DNA of 62,147 nucleotides, the filler included, from Candidatus Woesearchaeota archaeon CG1_02_57_44 (GTDB lineage Archaea > Nanobdellota > Nanobdellia > Woesearchaeales > CG1-02-57-44): assembly GCA_001871415.1 (NCBI GenBank). It is 5 parts of 5 records of this genome, joined end to end, with 100 filler letters (N's around TTAATTAATTAA, not from the genome) between each part and the next. Parts side by side here need not be neighbours in the genome. Positions count along the whole stretch, not along the records: positions 32,524 to 50,652 come from MNWW01000056.1; 4 more parts are not named here. One strand, written 5' to 3'. The position numbers and the translations under genes were made by a program. Every line of letters begins with the position of its first letter. Position 1 is the first letter of the stretch. The notes under the pieces are model-generated. The model was given only the letters and a program-made list of their open reading frames with translations, was not told the origin of the DNA and did no database searches. Shown piece after piece: positions 38,789 through 49,951 of the stretch.

Positions 38789-40863
38789 TTGTTCCTGCTC
38801 ACATATGCTCATATGATGAGCACCATCCCAAGGCGCAACTTGGGGTGGTGGTTAGCTGATAGTTACGGCCTTCGGGCTATAACATTGATGAGGCTATGCA
38901 CCAAAAAGCAAGAACGCTGCCAGGTGGATGACTAGGCTTCAGCGCTGATGAAGGACGTGGCAAGCTGCGATAAGCTCCGGCGAGCTGCATGCAAGCATTG
39001 AACCGGAGATCTCTCAATGGGATTCCCATCAGGCCGATAGGCAGGGAACGTGGGGAATTGAAACGTCTGAGTACCCACAGGAGAAGAAACCAATTGGGAT
39101 GCGGTGAGTAAGGGCGACTGAAAACCGCGCAGGGCAAACTGAATCCTTTGGTGAAAGCCAGGGGAGATGTGGTGTTTTGGCTCATCATAACGTCCGTGCT
39201 TTCTGACACGAAGTTCCCTGGAACGGGATGCTACAGAGGGTGATAGCCCCGTAGTGGAAGGAAAGCGTGGATGGGATGCGGCCAGAGTAGGGCTCCTCGG
39301 ATATGGGGCCTGAATTTGGGGGGCATCAACCTCCAACCCTAAATACGACTGAAGACCGATAGCGTACGAGTACCGTGAGGGAACGTTGAAAAGAACCCCC
39401 GCAAGGGAGTGAAAAGAGCCTGAAACCTGGTAGCTATAGTTTGATACGGCCTTTAGGGGTTGTATCGTGCGTTTCGAATAACGTGCCAGGGAGTTTACTT
39501 CTGTGGCGAGGATAACTGCCTTAAGGCAGGCATCCGCAGGGAAACCGATAAGCCCGCAACCGCAAGGTGAGGGGCAGGGCGTGAAAGCGTCCGGAGTCAC
39601 AGGGGTCAGACCCGAAGCCAGACGATCTAGTCCGGGGCATGGTGAAGCGCGGGTAAAACCGCGTGGAGGCCAGAAGCAGTGCTACGTGCAAGTGCATGCG
39701 TGACCTTGGATTAGGGGTAAAAAGCCAATCGAGTCTGGTGATAGCTGGTTCCTGCCGAAATTGGCCTAAGTCAAGCCTCAGCTGAGGAGGGTGCGGTGGT
39801 AGAGATACGGATTGGGGATTTAGGGCTTTAACCGGCTCGGTCCTTTGTCCAACTCCGAATGCCGCACCTCTGTAGACGCTGGGAGACGGGGGCCCGGGGT
39901 AAACTTGGGTCCCGAGAGGGGAACAACCCAGAGCACAGTTAAGGTCCCAAAATAGTGGCTAAGTGTGAAAGGCATAAGGGTGTCTATGGTCGAAGACAGC
40001 GAGGAGGTTAGCTTAGAAGCAGCTACCCTTGAAAAAGTGCGTAACAGCTTACTCGTCAAGATCATAGGCCCCGTAAATGGACGGGGCAAAGCCACTTACC
40101 GATACTGTGCCATCGCCACAAGCGATGGGTAGGCAGGCGTCCTGCAAGGGCAGAAGCGTGTCTGTGAAGATACGTGGACCTTGTTGGAATGAGAATCCTG
40201 GTGGTAGTAGGATCGGAGCAAGGTGAGATTCCTTGTCGCCGAAAGGGCAAGGGTTCCTTGGCAATGTCGATCAGCCAAGGGTTAGTCGGCCCTAACCGAC
40301 CTCCTAACTGGAGGGTGTGAGGAAAGGGAGACTGGTTAATATTCCAGTACTGTGAGAGTATGCGTGGTGACACAAGCTGCGTCGCAGACGCTTTGGGCTA
40401 GGCGGACAGAACTTGTCTGTTCTGCTAACACGTGCAGGCCTGGGGAGTAACGTAATGTTGAGAACCAGGGCAACGCGTGGAATGGCACCCCTGAGGGTGT
40501 TTCGCTGATGTCGGGAGCCCGTGAAAACGTGACGTGGAAAAATCTCTTACAACCGTACCAAGAACCAGCACTGGTGCCCCTGGGTGGGAAGCTCAAGGTG
40601 TGAAGGCATAATCCAGTTGAGGGAATTCGGCAAACTAGCCCCGTGTCTTAGGTCGAAGGGGTCCCTGAGTTGGTACCGGAATAGGTGCCTTCTCAGGGCG
40701 CAGTGACTAGGATGGTCCGACTGTTTAACAAAAACGCAGCGAACTGCAAGCCCGTAAGGGTGTGTACAGTTCGTGACGTCTGCCCAGTGTCAGTACCTAA
40801 AACCCGGGTCCAACCGGGCTAAGGGCTGGTAAACGGCGGGAGTAACTATAACTCTCTTAAGGT

Positions 40864-41544
40864 GAAGCGTTGCCTTAGTAAAATTCGGCTATATGCTGGA
40901 ACATCCGTGTATCCCGCATTACCACTGGACAACCATCCATAACGATTATTACAGGGGTTGTTGTCAGGGTGACAAAATGACGGGTGCGGACAATCAGCAG
41001 GAAAGGCTAGATGCCCGATGGATTGCAGGATTCGTGGACGGCGAAGGATGCTTCCACGTTGCGATCAACAAGCTCGACAAGATGACGAGAGGTTACCAGG
41101 TATTGCCGGAACTTCGCATTGTCCAGAACAAGCGCGATATGCGGTTATTGCACCGCATTCAGCAGGTTCTGGGTGGCGTGGTCCGGCATAACCATGATGA
41201 CATCTACGAAGTCAGAGTACGAAGACTTGAGGAATTGCAGCGGGTCGTGGATTTTTTCCGCAGGTATCCATTACAGTCCCAGAAGCGACATGATTTTTCA
41301 TGCTTCGCTGAGATTGTCGGAATGATGGCGCGACGCCAGCATTTGACGGTCGAGGGATTGGAAAAGATTCGCAATATACGAGATCGTATGAACAGGGCGT
41401 CTGGAATCCTCAGAGACTGCACGCCGAACCTCCGCAAGGGGGATGATACAGTCCGAACCGTCAGGCGACTGGCGGAGGCATGATGAAAGTCATGTCCGCC
41501 ACAGTGATGTGGTCAGTAACCCGCAAGGGTGAAGTAACAGTTTG
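40864..41544 (+). ncRNA. Group I intron at LSU position ~1931 (681 nt)
   Basis: 5' exon ends CTTAAGGT; IGS GCCTTA; P ATGCTGGAA, Q AATCAGCAGG, R TCAGAGACT, S GATACAGTCC; terminal G before AACGAAATGCC. Confidence 0.93.
40977..41483 (+). CDS. Single-motif LAGLIDADG homing endonuclease
   Basis: WIAGFVDGEG, YPLQSQKRHDF, HLT.EGL. Confidence 0.93.
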   Translation: MTGADNQQERLDARWIAGFVDGEGCFHVAINKLDKMTRGYQVLPELRIVQNKRDMRLLHRIQQVLGGVVRHNHDDIYEVRVRRLEELQRVVDFFRRYPLQSQKRHDFSCFAEIVGMMARRQHLTVEGLEKIRNIRDRMNRASGILRDCTPNLRKGDDTVRTVRRLAEA

Positions 41545-42528
41545 AACGAAATGCCTTGCCGTTTGAATGACGGCCTGCATGAATGGCGTAACGAGATCGT
41601 CGCTGTCCCCAACTGGAAGCCTCCGAACACTACATTTGTGGTGCAAAGTCCACAGACCGCTAGTGGGAAGTGAAGACCCCGTGAAACTTTACTGTATCCT
41701 GTAGCTGCGTGACGAGTGTTGCTGTGTAGCGTAGATGGGAGTCGCCGAAGCTTGATCGTCAGGTCAGGTGGAGACAACGATGAAACACCATCCTGCTTCG
41801 CTTGCCATGCTTTACTCGCATGCGAGGACACCTATAGGTGGACAGTTTGGCTGGGGTGGCACCCTGCTGAAAAGGTATCAGCAGGGCCCAAAGGTCGGCT
41901 CAGGCAGGTCAGAAATCTGCCGTTGAGTGCAAGGGCATAAGCCGGCCTGACTGGAACTGTAACATGATCAGGTCCAGGCGCGAGAGCGTGGCCTAGCGAA
42001 CTCCCGCACCTCCTTGATGGGGGTCGGGAATGACCGAAAAGTTACTCCGGGGATAACAGAGTTGTCGCGCCCGAGAGCTCACATCGACGGCGCGGTTTGC
42101 TACATCGATGTCGGCTCATCCTATCCTGGCCGTGCAGAAGCGGCCAAGGGTGTGGGTGTTCACCAATTAAAAGGGTTCGTGAGCTGGGTTCAGAACGCTG
42201 TGAGGCAGTTTGTTTAATATCTACTAGCGGTGTTGGGCGTCTGAGAGGAAGGATCTTCTAGTACGAGAGGAACGAAGGTTCGCGGCCTCTGGTTTACCGG
42301 TTAGCTGACAAGCTATGCCGGGCAGCTACGCCGTAGCTGATAAGGGCTGAAAGCATCTAAGCCCGAAGCAGCCCCCGAAAAGAGACGCTCTGGGATACGG
42401 ACAACAACATCCGGTTGATGGAGCCGGTGTGTACGCACGAAGCTTCGGCGACGTGTTCAGCACGCGGCAACCAATAATCCTTCGCTTTTGGTGCATAGCC
42501 TCTTCTTTTTTTTCATTGTCTGATCAAT

Positions 42529-42597
42529 GCATAGCGTCAGCTGTGCTGGTCGGGTGATGGTGCATGGTCATGATGAAGCATAGCGTCAGCTGTGCTG
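42529..42597. repeat. Two 20-bp direct repeats downstream of the 23S
   Basis: GCATAGCGTCAGCTGTGCTG at 42529 and 42578. Confidence 0.7.
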
Positions 42598-42758
42598 CTG
42601 GTGGCGATGTCGCATAGACAAGGACATAGGCGCAGCTATGGTCTGCCGCGCTGTCCAGTTGTTTGATGGCGTAGCGGGAGCGCTGTCGCAAGGCACCTTG
42701 CGAGTCACACTACTCCACTGGCACAACCTTTTTCAATCCTGCATATATTCCCTCCCGT

Positions 42759-43232
42759 ATGTCACTCTTGCTTAGCATGCTTGGAGAGATGTTTGGTTCC
42801 GAAGGATACAATCCTGCCATTGTCATGGATTTCGCCAACTGCGTCTTCACGGACAAGTGGAAGACGCTTGCTCCTGAGCGGGCTGGCGAGATCCTTGATG
42901 CTATCGTGCATGAGGAACTCAGGACCGCGAGGACTGATATCGAGGCGAGGATGGCGCAAGGAGAGTCTCCCATTGTCTATACGCCTGCCTGGACCACGCA
43001 AGTGGGGACAGGCGCTGGTTACATGCAGGATAATGAGATGGCGTTGATGACGCAATTATTGACCGGCGAAGCCCCGCTGGGTCCGGCCGGCGCGATCCTC
43101 TGTACGGATGAATTCATGCTTTCTGGCTGCCAGTTCGCTTATGAAAATGTCCTGGCCCGGGCGAATCCGGGTTATCAGGTGCTTAACGGGCATAACGCAT
43201 TGGACGGCATAGGGTTCGAGAAGGGGGCTTAA
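42759..43232 (+). CDS. Hypothetical protein
   Basis: 157-aa ORF. Confidence 0.6.
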   Translation: MSLLLSMLGEMFGSEGYNPAIVMDFANCVFTDKWKTLAPERAGEILDAIVHEELRTARTDIEARMAQGESPIVYTPAWTTQVGTGAGYMQDNEMALMTQLLTGEAPLGPAGAILCTDEFMLSGCQFAYENVLARANPGYQVLNGHNALDGIGFEKGA

Positions 43233-43304
43233 GACTCCAGTCTACGCTGTCTCATTTATTGTCAGGTGGTTCAGTGTACCCTGCCGAATCGATGCACTTT
43301 TTAC

Positions 43305-44573
43305 TTATAGACACGTATGCACCGTTATCCCATCAGCCGGTGTGCATTCCACCAGTCGCGCAGTATCCCGGTATTCTGGGAACTCACGCTTGAAGTGCCC
43401 TATGCATTCCCCGAGCTCTCCGATCACTTGGTCATAGCACTCGGTCACAGGCACGAACGCGGCGACACCGCCGCCGATGCCTGCGCCGACCTGACGAGCC
43501 CCTACCACGCCGTGGACAGTCAGCGCCGTTCCTGTCAAGGACTGCAGCTCGGATGATCCGACGTGGAACTGTTGGTCCAGCGAGTAGCCCGCTGCGGTGA
43601 TGAGCTGGCCGCCCAGGTCACCCTGCTCCCACAGGCGCGTTCCTTCATTGATCCTTTCTATGGCTCCATAGACGTGCATGGCGACAGCGCGCTCCTCGGG
43701 TGTCAGCTGTGATGCCCAGCGCAGGAACTCGCTGGCAGGGACTTGGCTGAGTCCTCTGCCATCCACGTACTCTCTACCAGTGAGGTCGCAGAGGTTCTGC
43801 GCGGCTGCATAGCACAATCGCACCCTTTCATTGTAGAACCTGTTCTCTGTCAGGTCGCGCTGCTTGCCGGAGTACAGGAAGAATATCTTGAATTCTGGCA
43901 TTCCTGCTCCTGGCTCGACGATCCTGAAGAAATCAGGGTTGCCATCAGCGTACGCCTCGCAGTCCATGTACACAAGCTTGCCGGCTTCGCCGAGCGTGAT
44001 GATGCCCTGGTCGAGGATGCCGTTCTGCAGCCCGAGAAAGCCGTTCTCGATGGCCTTGTCCAGCTCGATGAGCTGCGCTTGCGAGACCTGTCCAGCCAGG
44101 CCATTGCATTGCAGCAGGCCCGTCAGATAGTTGAGTCCTATCGATGCTGATGAGCTGAGCCCGGCAGACGTGAAGATCTCGCTGCCGACCAGTATAGTGG
44201 CTCCGCGCTCCAGGGGCGGGAGGTGGTGGTCCTGCTGCAGCGCGTGCACAGCGCCGACGGCGTAGCGCGCCCAATGACCGTTGAGTTCTGCCGCTGTTGG
44301 GATGCTATCAAGGTCGAACTCCAACGACCCGGCATATTCTGGGTCAAGGCTCTCGACCAGGACCGTATGTCTCTTGGATCCACCATTGGGCGCGAAGGCA
44401 CCGTAGACGAATCCAGGCGCCGCGACAGAAAGGCCATTGACCGGCCCGAGCTGATGGTCCGTATGGTCATCGTGCACGGGCAGGCGGCCGGATGTCTGGC
44501 AGACCACTATGTCCTGTAGGCGCGCCCCTGTCTTGCCTACAAGGGCTTGGATGACTTGTTCTTGAGTGGCCAT
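43305..44573 (-). CDS. GHMP sugar kinase, galacturonokinase/galactokinase-like
   Basis: HTDHQLG, GLSSSAS, IENGFLGLQNGILDQ, YNERV, GARQVGAGIGG. Confidence 0.85.
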   Translation of the reverse strand: MATQEQVIQALVGKTGARLQDIVVCQTSGRLPVHDDHTDHQLGPVNGLSVAAPGFVYGAFAPNGGSKRHTVLVESLDPEYAGSLEFDLDSIPTAAELNGHWARYAVGAVHALQQDHHLPPLERGATILVGSEIFTSAGLSSSASIGLNYLTGLLQCNGLAGQVSQAQLIELDKAIENGFLGLQNGILDQGIITLGEAGKLVYMDCEAYADGNPDFFRIVEPGAGMPEFKIFFLYSGKQRDLTENRFYNERVRLCYAAAQNLCDLTGREYVDGRGLSQVPASEFLRWASQLTPEERAVAMHVYGAIERINEGTRLWEQGDLGGQLITAAGYSLDQQFHVGSSELQSLTGTALTVHGVVGARQVGAGIGGGVAAFVPVTECYDQVIGELGECIGHFKREFPEYRDTARLVECTPADGITVHTCL

Positions 44574-44769
44574 GGTTGTCTCCTCCTTGTATTGGTTGCA
44601 TATCTGACATCATGCTTCAGGTGCAGAGGATTCTCCTGAGTTTCAAAAACATTGTGCCTACAGGGAATTTTTCGTCTGGTTCTCTTTCACCATGAGCGTG
44701 CATCCCTCAGTGAGGTCGGCCCATCCAAAACCTATTTAAACCCCTGTCTTTAGAGACTATCTGGGTCGT

Positions 44770-45711
44770 ATGCATAAGCAGGCGCAGCTGGCCGCAACTC
44801 TGGTTGTGGGAGTCGTCATCATCCTTGCGGTAGCGATGGCCTCCAACAGGCCTACTGCGCAACAGGTCATTCCGCAGGGTGATGACTCGGTGGCTACGTT
44901 GGTGCAATCCTGCTTGCAGCAATCGTTGGAGCAGGCAGTCATTGATTACGGCGCTGAGCCGCGCTGGTGCTACAAGGACGGTGTCCTGGCTCATTTTGAT
45001 GATGCCTACACCCGCGTGTCTGACCTTGTGCGCTCCAACCTGCAATCCTGCATCGATCTCACCAACAGGCAGAATGTCGAGGCAGGGGCGCCGTCTGTAC
45101 GTCTGGCATTCGGAACAGATGGCATCACTGCGGGACTTTCCTTCTCTCCTCCGCTGTCAGTGACCACCAATACTGGCAAGCAGCGCTTCACGGACTTCAC
45201 TGCTGATCGCGGTGTGCGCCTGCGTCTGATAGTAACAGCGGCGGAGCGGCTGGCCGACGACGTTGACTCAGTAACGCTCTTTGAGCGCACGCGCCAGATG
45301 CTTGAGGCCGATGACATCACTGCCCGTTTCACCACGCTGGGCGATGAGCACACCCTGACCGTGACTGACGAGCATACAGGTGACGCGTTCACCTGCAAGA
45401 TACTGCTGCCTCCGGGGCAGTCCACCCTGAATGGCCTGCTGCCGGTCTTTGACTCTGGCACGTGTGTCCAGGCATATGCTGGCCTGCCATCATCCTGCAT
45501 CGTCCACGCATTAGACCCGGACAGCGCGTATGTGGATGTTGTGTCATTGTCTCCTGATGTGCAGGTCGAACAGCAGGGGCCGTATGCGGCCAAGCTGAGC
45601 TTCACTGCGGCATCGGCGCTGAGCGAGCTTGACATCCCGCTGCGGTTGCGTGATTCAGAGAATAATTTCAAGGACGTCACACTGACGGTGCAGGTGGTGC
45701 CGCTTGTCTGA
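44770..45711 (+). CDS. Class III signal peptide (type IV pilin-like) surface protein
   Basis: MHKQA|QLAATLVVGVVIILAV; TTTAAA box upstream; paralog of 49952. Confidence 0.7.
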   Translation: MHKQAQLAATLVVGVVIILAVAMASNRPTAQQVIPQGDDSVATLVQSCLQQSLEQAVIDYGAEPRWCYKDGVLAHFDDAYTRVSDLVRSNLQSCIDLTNRQNVEAGAPSVRLAFGTDGITAGLSFSPPLSVTTNTGKQRFTDFTADRGVRLRLIVTAAERLADDVDSVTLFERTRQMLEADDITARFTTLGDEHTLTVTDEHTGDAFTCKILLPPGQSTLNGLLPVFDSGTCVQAYAGLPSSCIVHALDPDSAYVDVVSLSPDVQVEQQGPYAAKLSFTAASALSELDIPLRLRDSENNFKDVTLTVQVVPLV

Positions 45712-48700
45712 TGTCTTGTCTAATAGCAGGATGCAGTGCAGGGCACAAGTGCTCCTGCTGATGATGCTCATGGTGCTGGCCGTGGTTCCTTCATCTGTCC
45801 AGGCAGAGCCCGAGCTGCGAGGCAAGATAGCCAAGCTCATCATGGCAGAGCCGGGAGCACAGACGCTGAATCATCATATCGGCGCTGTCATCTTCATGGG
45901 TGCTGATACCAAGGAGAAGGACAGTACGCAGATCAAGGCACTAATCAAGCCGTATGCTGATGACGGCATGATAGTTGCTTCTGATATGGAAAGCGCGACA
46001 GTCAATCGGTTGCAGTCCATTTGTGCGCTCAAGGCAGCATCAGACATGGCTAGTGATACAGAACTGCGGGCATACATGAAGGAAAAGGGCGAGTGCTTCA
46101 GATCAGTCGGCATCAATCTTGACCTCGCGCCGGTGTTGGACATCTCAGGAACTGGCAATGAGGTGAATGCCCGCAGCTTCGGGACCGACGCCCAAACGGT
46201 GAGTGCGGCTGGAGCATTGTATATCCTTGGTCTGCGGGATGCTGGTGTCGGCGCGACGGCGAAGCACTTTCCTGGATTGTACGGTCTGAGTTCAACAAGA
46301 ACGGACACGACCTTGGTGAGCATCCAAAAGACTGAGAGCAAACTTGATGGACGAGAGCTTATCCCCTTCACCAAGGCCAAAGAAGCAGGTGTCTACGCAG
46401 TCATGATGTCAAGCGCGTTGTTCCCATTGCTTGATCAGACTGATGAGCAGAAGAAGATGCCCGCAGGCATCAATCCGACCCTGGTGGCAAAGGCCCGGCA
46501 CATCTTCGGCACCGATACAGTCATCATGACCGATGCGCTCAACACCGCGACATTCAAAGCTTACTACAAGGATGATGATGATTATATCGTCAAAGCGGCG
46601 GTCGATGCCTTACGCGCCGGCAACGACATGGTGCTGGTCATGGATCCTGCGAAGATAGACGCGGTCATCACGGCGGTCGAAGCTGATGTGACGAACACAC
46701 AGGATGACACGCTCACCCAAGCAGATATCGACGCTAAATACGCCCGCGTCAAGACCCTGACCGAAAAGCTCACCAAGGGAACGACGACTGGAGCGACAGG
46801 CTCAACGTCGGACACCACCACAGGCACCAAGACCGTCCAGTCCCAGCCGACCGTCATCGTCCTNNNNNNNNNNNNNCGTCCTTGACCCGGGGCATGGCAC
46901 AAAGGGTGTCAGGACCTGCGCTGGCGACCCGGGTGATAAAGGTGCCAATACAGAGGAGAAGCTGAACCTGATCCTGTCGAACAAGGTCAAGGCAGTGCTT
47001 GAGGCAAAGGGCTACCGTGTGCTGCTCACCCATGAGAAAAGCGACTGCTCAGAGAAGCTGGCGACCAAAGGCACGGACGGGAAAGGGGAAACGCAGCCCG
47101 AGAAGGACTATCGTATCTCCGACCGATGGGCGCGCGCAGACGTCGCCAACAACAATGGCGCTGCATTGCTGGTGGCCCTCCATAATGATTACAAAGAGGG
47201 CGGTAGTGCCGTGTACTATCCTGATCATCATCTGCAGGAGACCAAGAGCAAGCAGGCCGCCAAGAGCATCTGGGCAAAGCTGAGTGCGGCTATTCCAGAG
47301 AACATCAAGCACAGCGGGGTCCTGACAGAGGATACTGCGCTGAAAAGTCATGCTAACCTGCAGGGCACACCGCCCGACGACGGCAAGTCCTTCAAGTTTG
47401 ACTGGTCCGCGCACAGCACCGTGCCGGTGGTCACGGTGGAGGTCGTGCCACTATCAGCTGCAGGCATCACTTTTATCAGGACTGTCCCTAATCAGCAGAA
47501 GGTCGCGCAGGCCATTGCCGACGGCATCATGGCGTTCGCGCCTGCGACAACAACCACGACAGGTTCCTCCACCGGCACAGCAGACCAGCCCCATGGTTCC
47601 TTCTCTGACATCCCTGAGAAGCACTGGGCCGACCCACTGGTCAAGAAGGTTACTGCCGCTGGCCTGATGACCGCAACAGACGGCAAGTTCAACGGCGCTG
47701 CCGCAAGCACGCGCAAGGACGTGCTGATTGCGCTGGGCAAGGCGCTGCAGGACAAGATATTCTCGGTGAAACAAAATAAGGATGCCATAACAAATGAATG
47801 TTCTGATGGCGCGCAGGTGTATGGCGAGCAATTGACAGGCAATGACTGCGTCGCGGCTTCTGCTCTGGCCAGCGTCACAAAACCAACAGTCCCAGAGCTG
47901 GCTGTCGAACCAACGCGCCTTGATGTGGCCGGGCTTCTGGGCGCTGCCGCGACTGCGCTATCACTGCCAAAGCCGCAGGCCCTGAGCGCGCTGGACATTG
48001 ACCCCAAGACTATCTGGTCTGACGCTGACGACGCGAGCGCTCCTGTCATCAAGGCAGCGGCTGAGTACGGGCTGTTCACCGGATACCCTAAGGTGGATGG
48101 CAAGTGCTCCTGGAAGCCGTCAGACAAGCTGGTGCGCTATGAGCTGGCGATTGTCGCAGATCGTGTCATGGGCCTTGCCCGAGGCAGCGCAGCGGGCATC
48201 AGTCCTGGATATTTCGCTGATTGCAGGAGCGCGGCAGAGGCGACGGCAAAGCAAGCGCAATGGGGCGAGGAGCATCCTTTGCCTGATGGTGGTCTCAAGC
48301 GCGATAAGCTGGAGGTGCGAGGCATAGGCACGATGCAGGAGGCGGGAAGTGACCTGCGCATCAACCTCGAGCCCAAGCCAGGTGCGATCACGGTGATGGG
48401 GACGCAGATAACGTCTGAGGAGCCATCGACCATTGAATTCATTGATGGCATATTCACAGTCTCATTGAAGAAAGGTGGCTTCTCAGCCGATTATCAGGTA
48501 GAGCAGGCGACTATCACCTTCGGCAAGACAGCAATTGATCCTAAGGTCATCACGCTGGCGCAGGGAGGGTCCATGGCATTTGCGCCCGCGAGCCAAGGAC
48601 AAGACCGCCCCGATGAGCAATACCGCGTTGACGGGCCCTTGTCTGTATTGCTGCTCGCTCCGGGCGCATCATTCCCTAAAACAGCAGAGCAGGACATCGC

Positions 48701-49838
48701 TATCATCCCGGCGCATGGCGATAAGCCCATGCAGCTGCGCATCTACAAGGGCAAAGGCAAGGTCACTATCGGCAGTGTGGAAGTGACATTTGAGGCCGGT
48801 GCCATCACCAACCAGGCAGACCTGAATAATAAGCAATCATCCATCGCGGCTACGGTGACTGACGTGCGGGGGACGAATGTCATATTCGCGCCAAAGTCTG
48901 ACGCGGTGGTGACCGAGGGAACGGGCGCTCACACAAGTAACGCAGCATCACCTCCAACAACAGTCACTCCCGGGTCATCAACGAAGATGACCATTGCCAT
49001 GTCGCCGCAGGTATTGACGTTAAGTGATGTGGCTCAGATTCAACCTAAGAACGTGCCAAAGATCATCTCCGGCCTGCTGCGCTTCATGCTCCTGAATAAC
49101 AACGGGTTCGACATAGTCGCTCAAAATAATCCAGGTGCCACTGTCAAACTGGATGTGACCGCAGCGGTCAATGGCGTTTCAACAGATGTGGTAGAATATG
49201 GGCCTGAGCTTCAGGCTCTTGGCAATGCCCTGACGAAAGAACTGGATGCGGAGGGTATATTGCCTGGGACTACTGCAACAAAGACAACCACGCCAAAGTC
49301 CCTACGCCTTAAGCTCAAGGATCCGAAATCTGACTCTATCGGTGTGGTGACCGACGCGTTGTACCGTGGCCTGGTCGCGCGCCTGAAAGACGTGCAGGGC
49401 ACAGACGCTCCCACGTCGCTTGTTACCGGGGAAGCGACAGAAAATATCGTGATTGAGCTGTATTTCAAGGCCAATGACCGCGATTCTGAAAAATTAGCCA
49501 GCTACCTCGCAAAGCTCTTTGATCCTCAGACCGGGCCGTATAGGGGCATCAAGAACACACAGGTGCGCCTCACGCAGGATCCCGATGCGTTCAAGATGCG
49601 CATAAAGACCGATGGCAATGCAAACGCAAACAAGCTCAAGCAGCTCATAGAGAAACATACTGATTCCATTGCAACAGTGACCGTGGTATCAGACACTACC
49701 AATGGCAATTATGTCACCATCGCAGGGCTCACGTACAATGACAAGACCACAACGCAGCTCTTCAAGGCCATGCTGCAGTATCTGAACATCCTGGATCCAA
49801 GCCTGATGGTAGAATCCCCCTCTGCTGCTACGCCTTGA
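45704..49838 (+). CDS. Fusion of GH3 beta-N-acetylglucosaminidase (NagZ-like), N-acetylmuramoyl-L-alanine amidase (Amidase_3), SLH domains and a C-terminal region; spans a false scaffold gap
   Basis: GINLDLAPVLD, RSFG, KHFPG, MTDAL. CGTCCT is repeated on both sides of the N gap, giving TVIVLDPGHG. Also EEKLN, ALHND, VTVEV, FSDIPEKHWA...TR and GLFTGY...VRYE. Confidence 0.8.
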
Positions 49839-49951
49839 TCTGGTCAACTGCGATAGGTTGACTTCTCGCCCATGACCTCCTTTTCTGCACCCCTGAATCT
49901 CGCCGAAACCTTTATAAGCTGCATTGTCCAATATCAGCCCGGGCAAGGTCA

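Larger units (their letters stand above)
38907..42485 (+). rRNA. rrl: 23S rRNA (ends approximate), interrupted by a group I intron
   Basis: GAGTACCGTGAGGGA, GGGATAACAG, sarcin loop AGTACGAGAGGAAC; flanking 17-bp stem 38890-38906/42486-42502. Confidence 0.97.
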
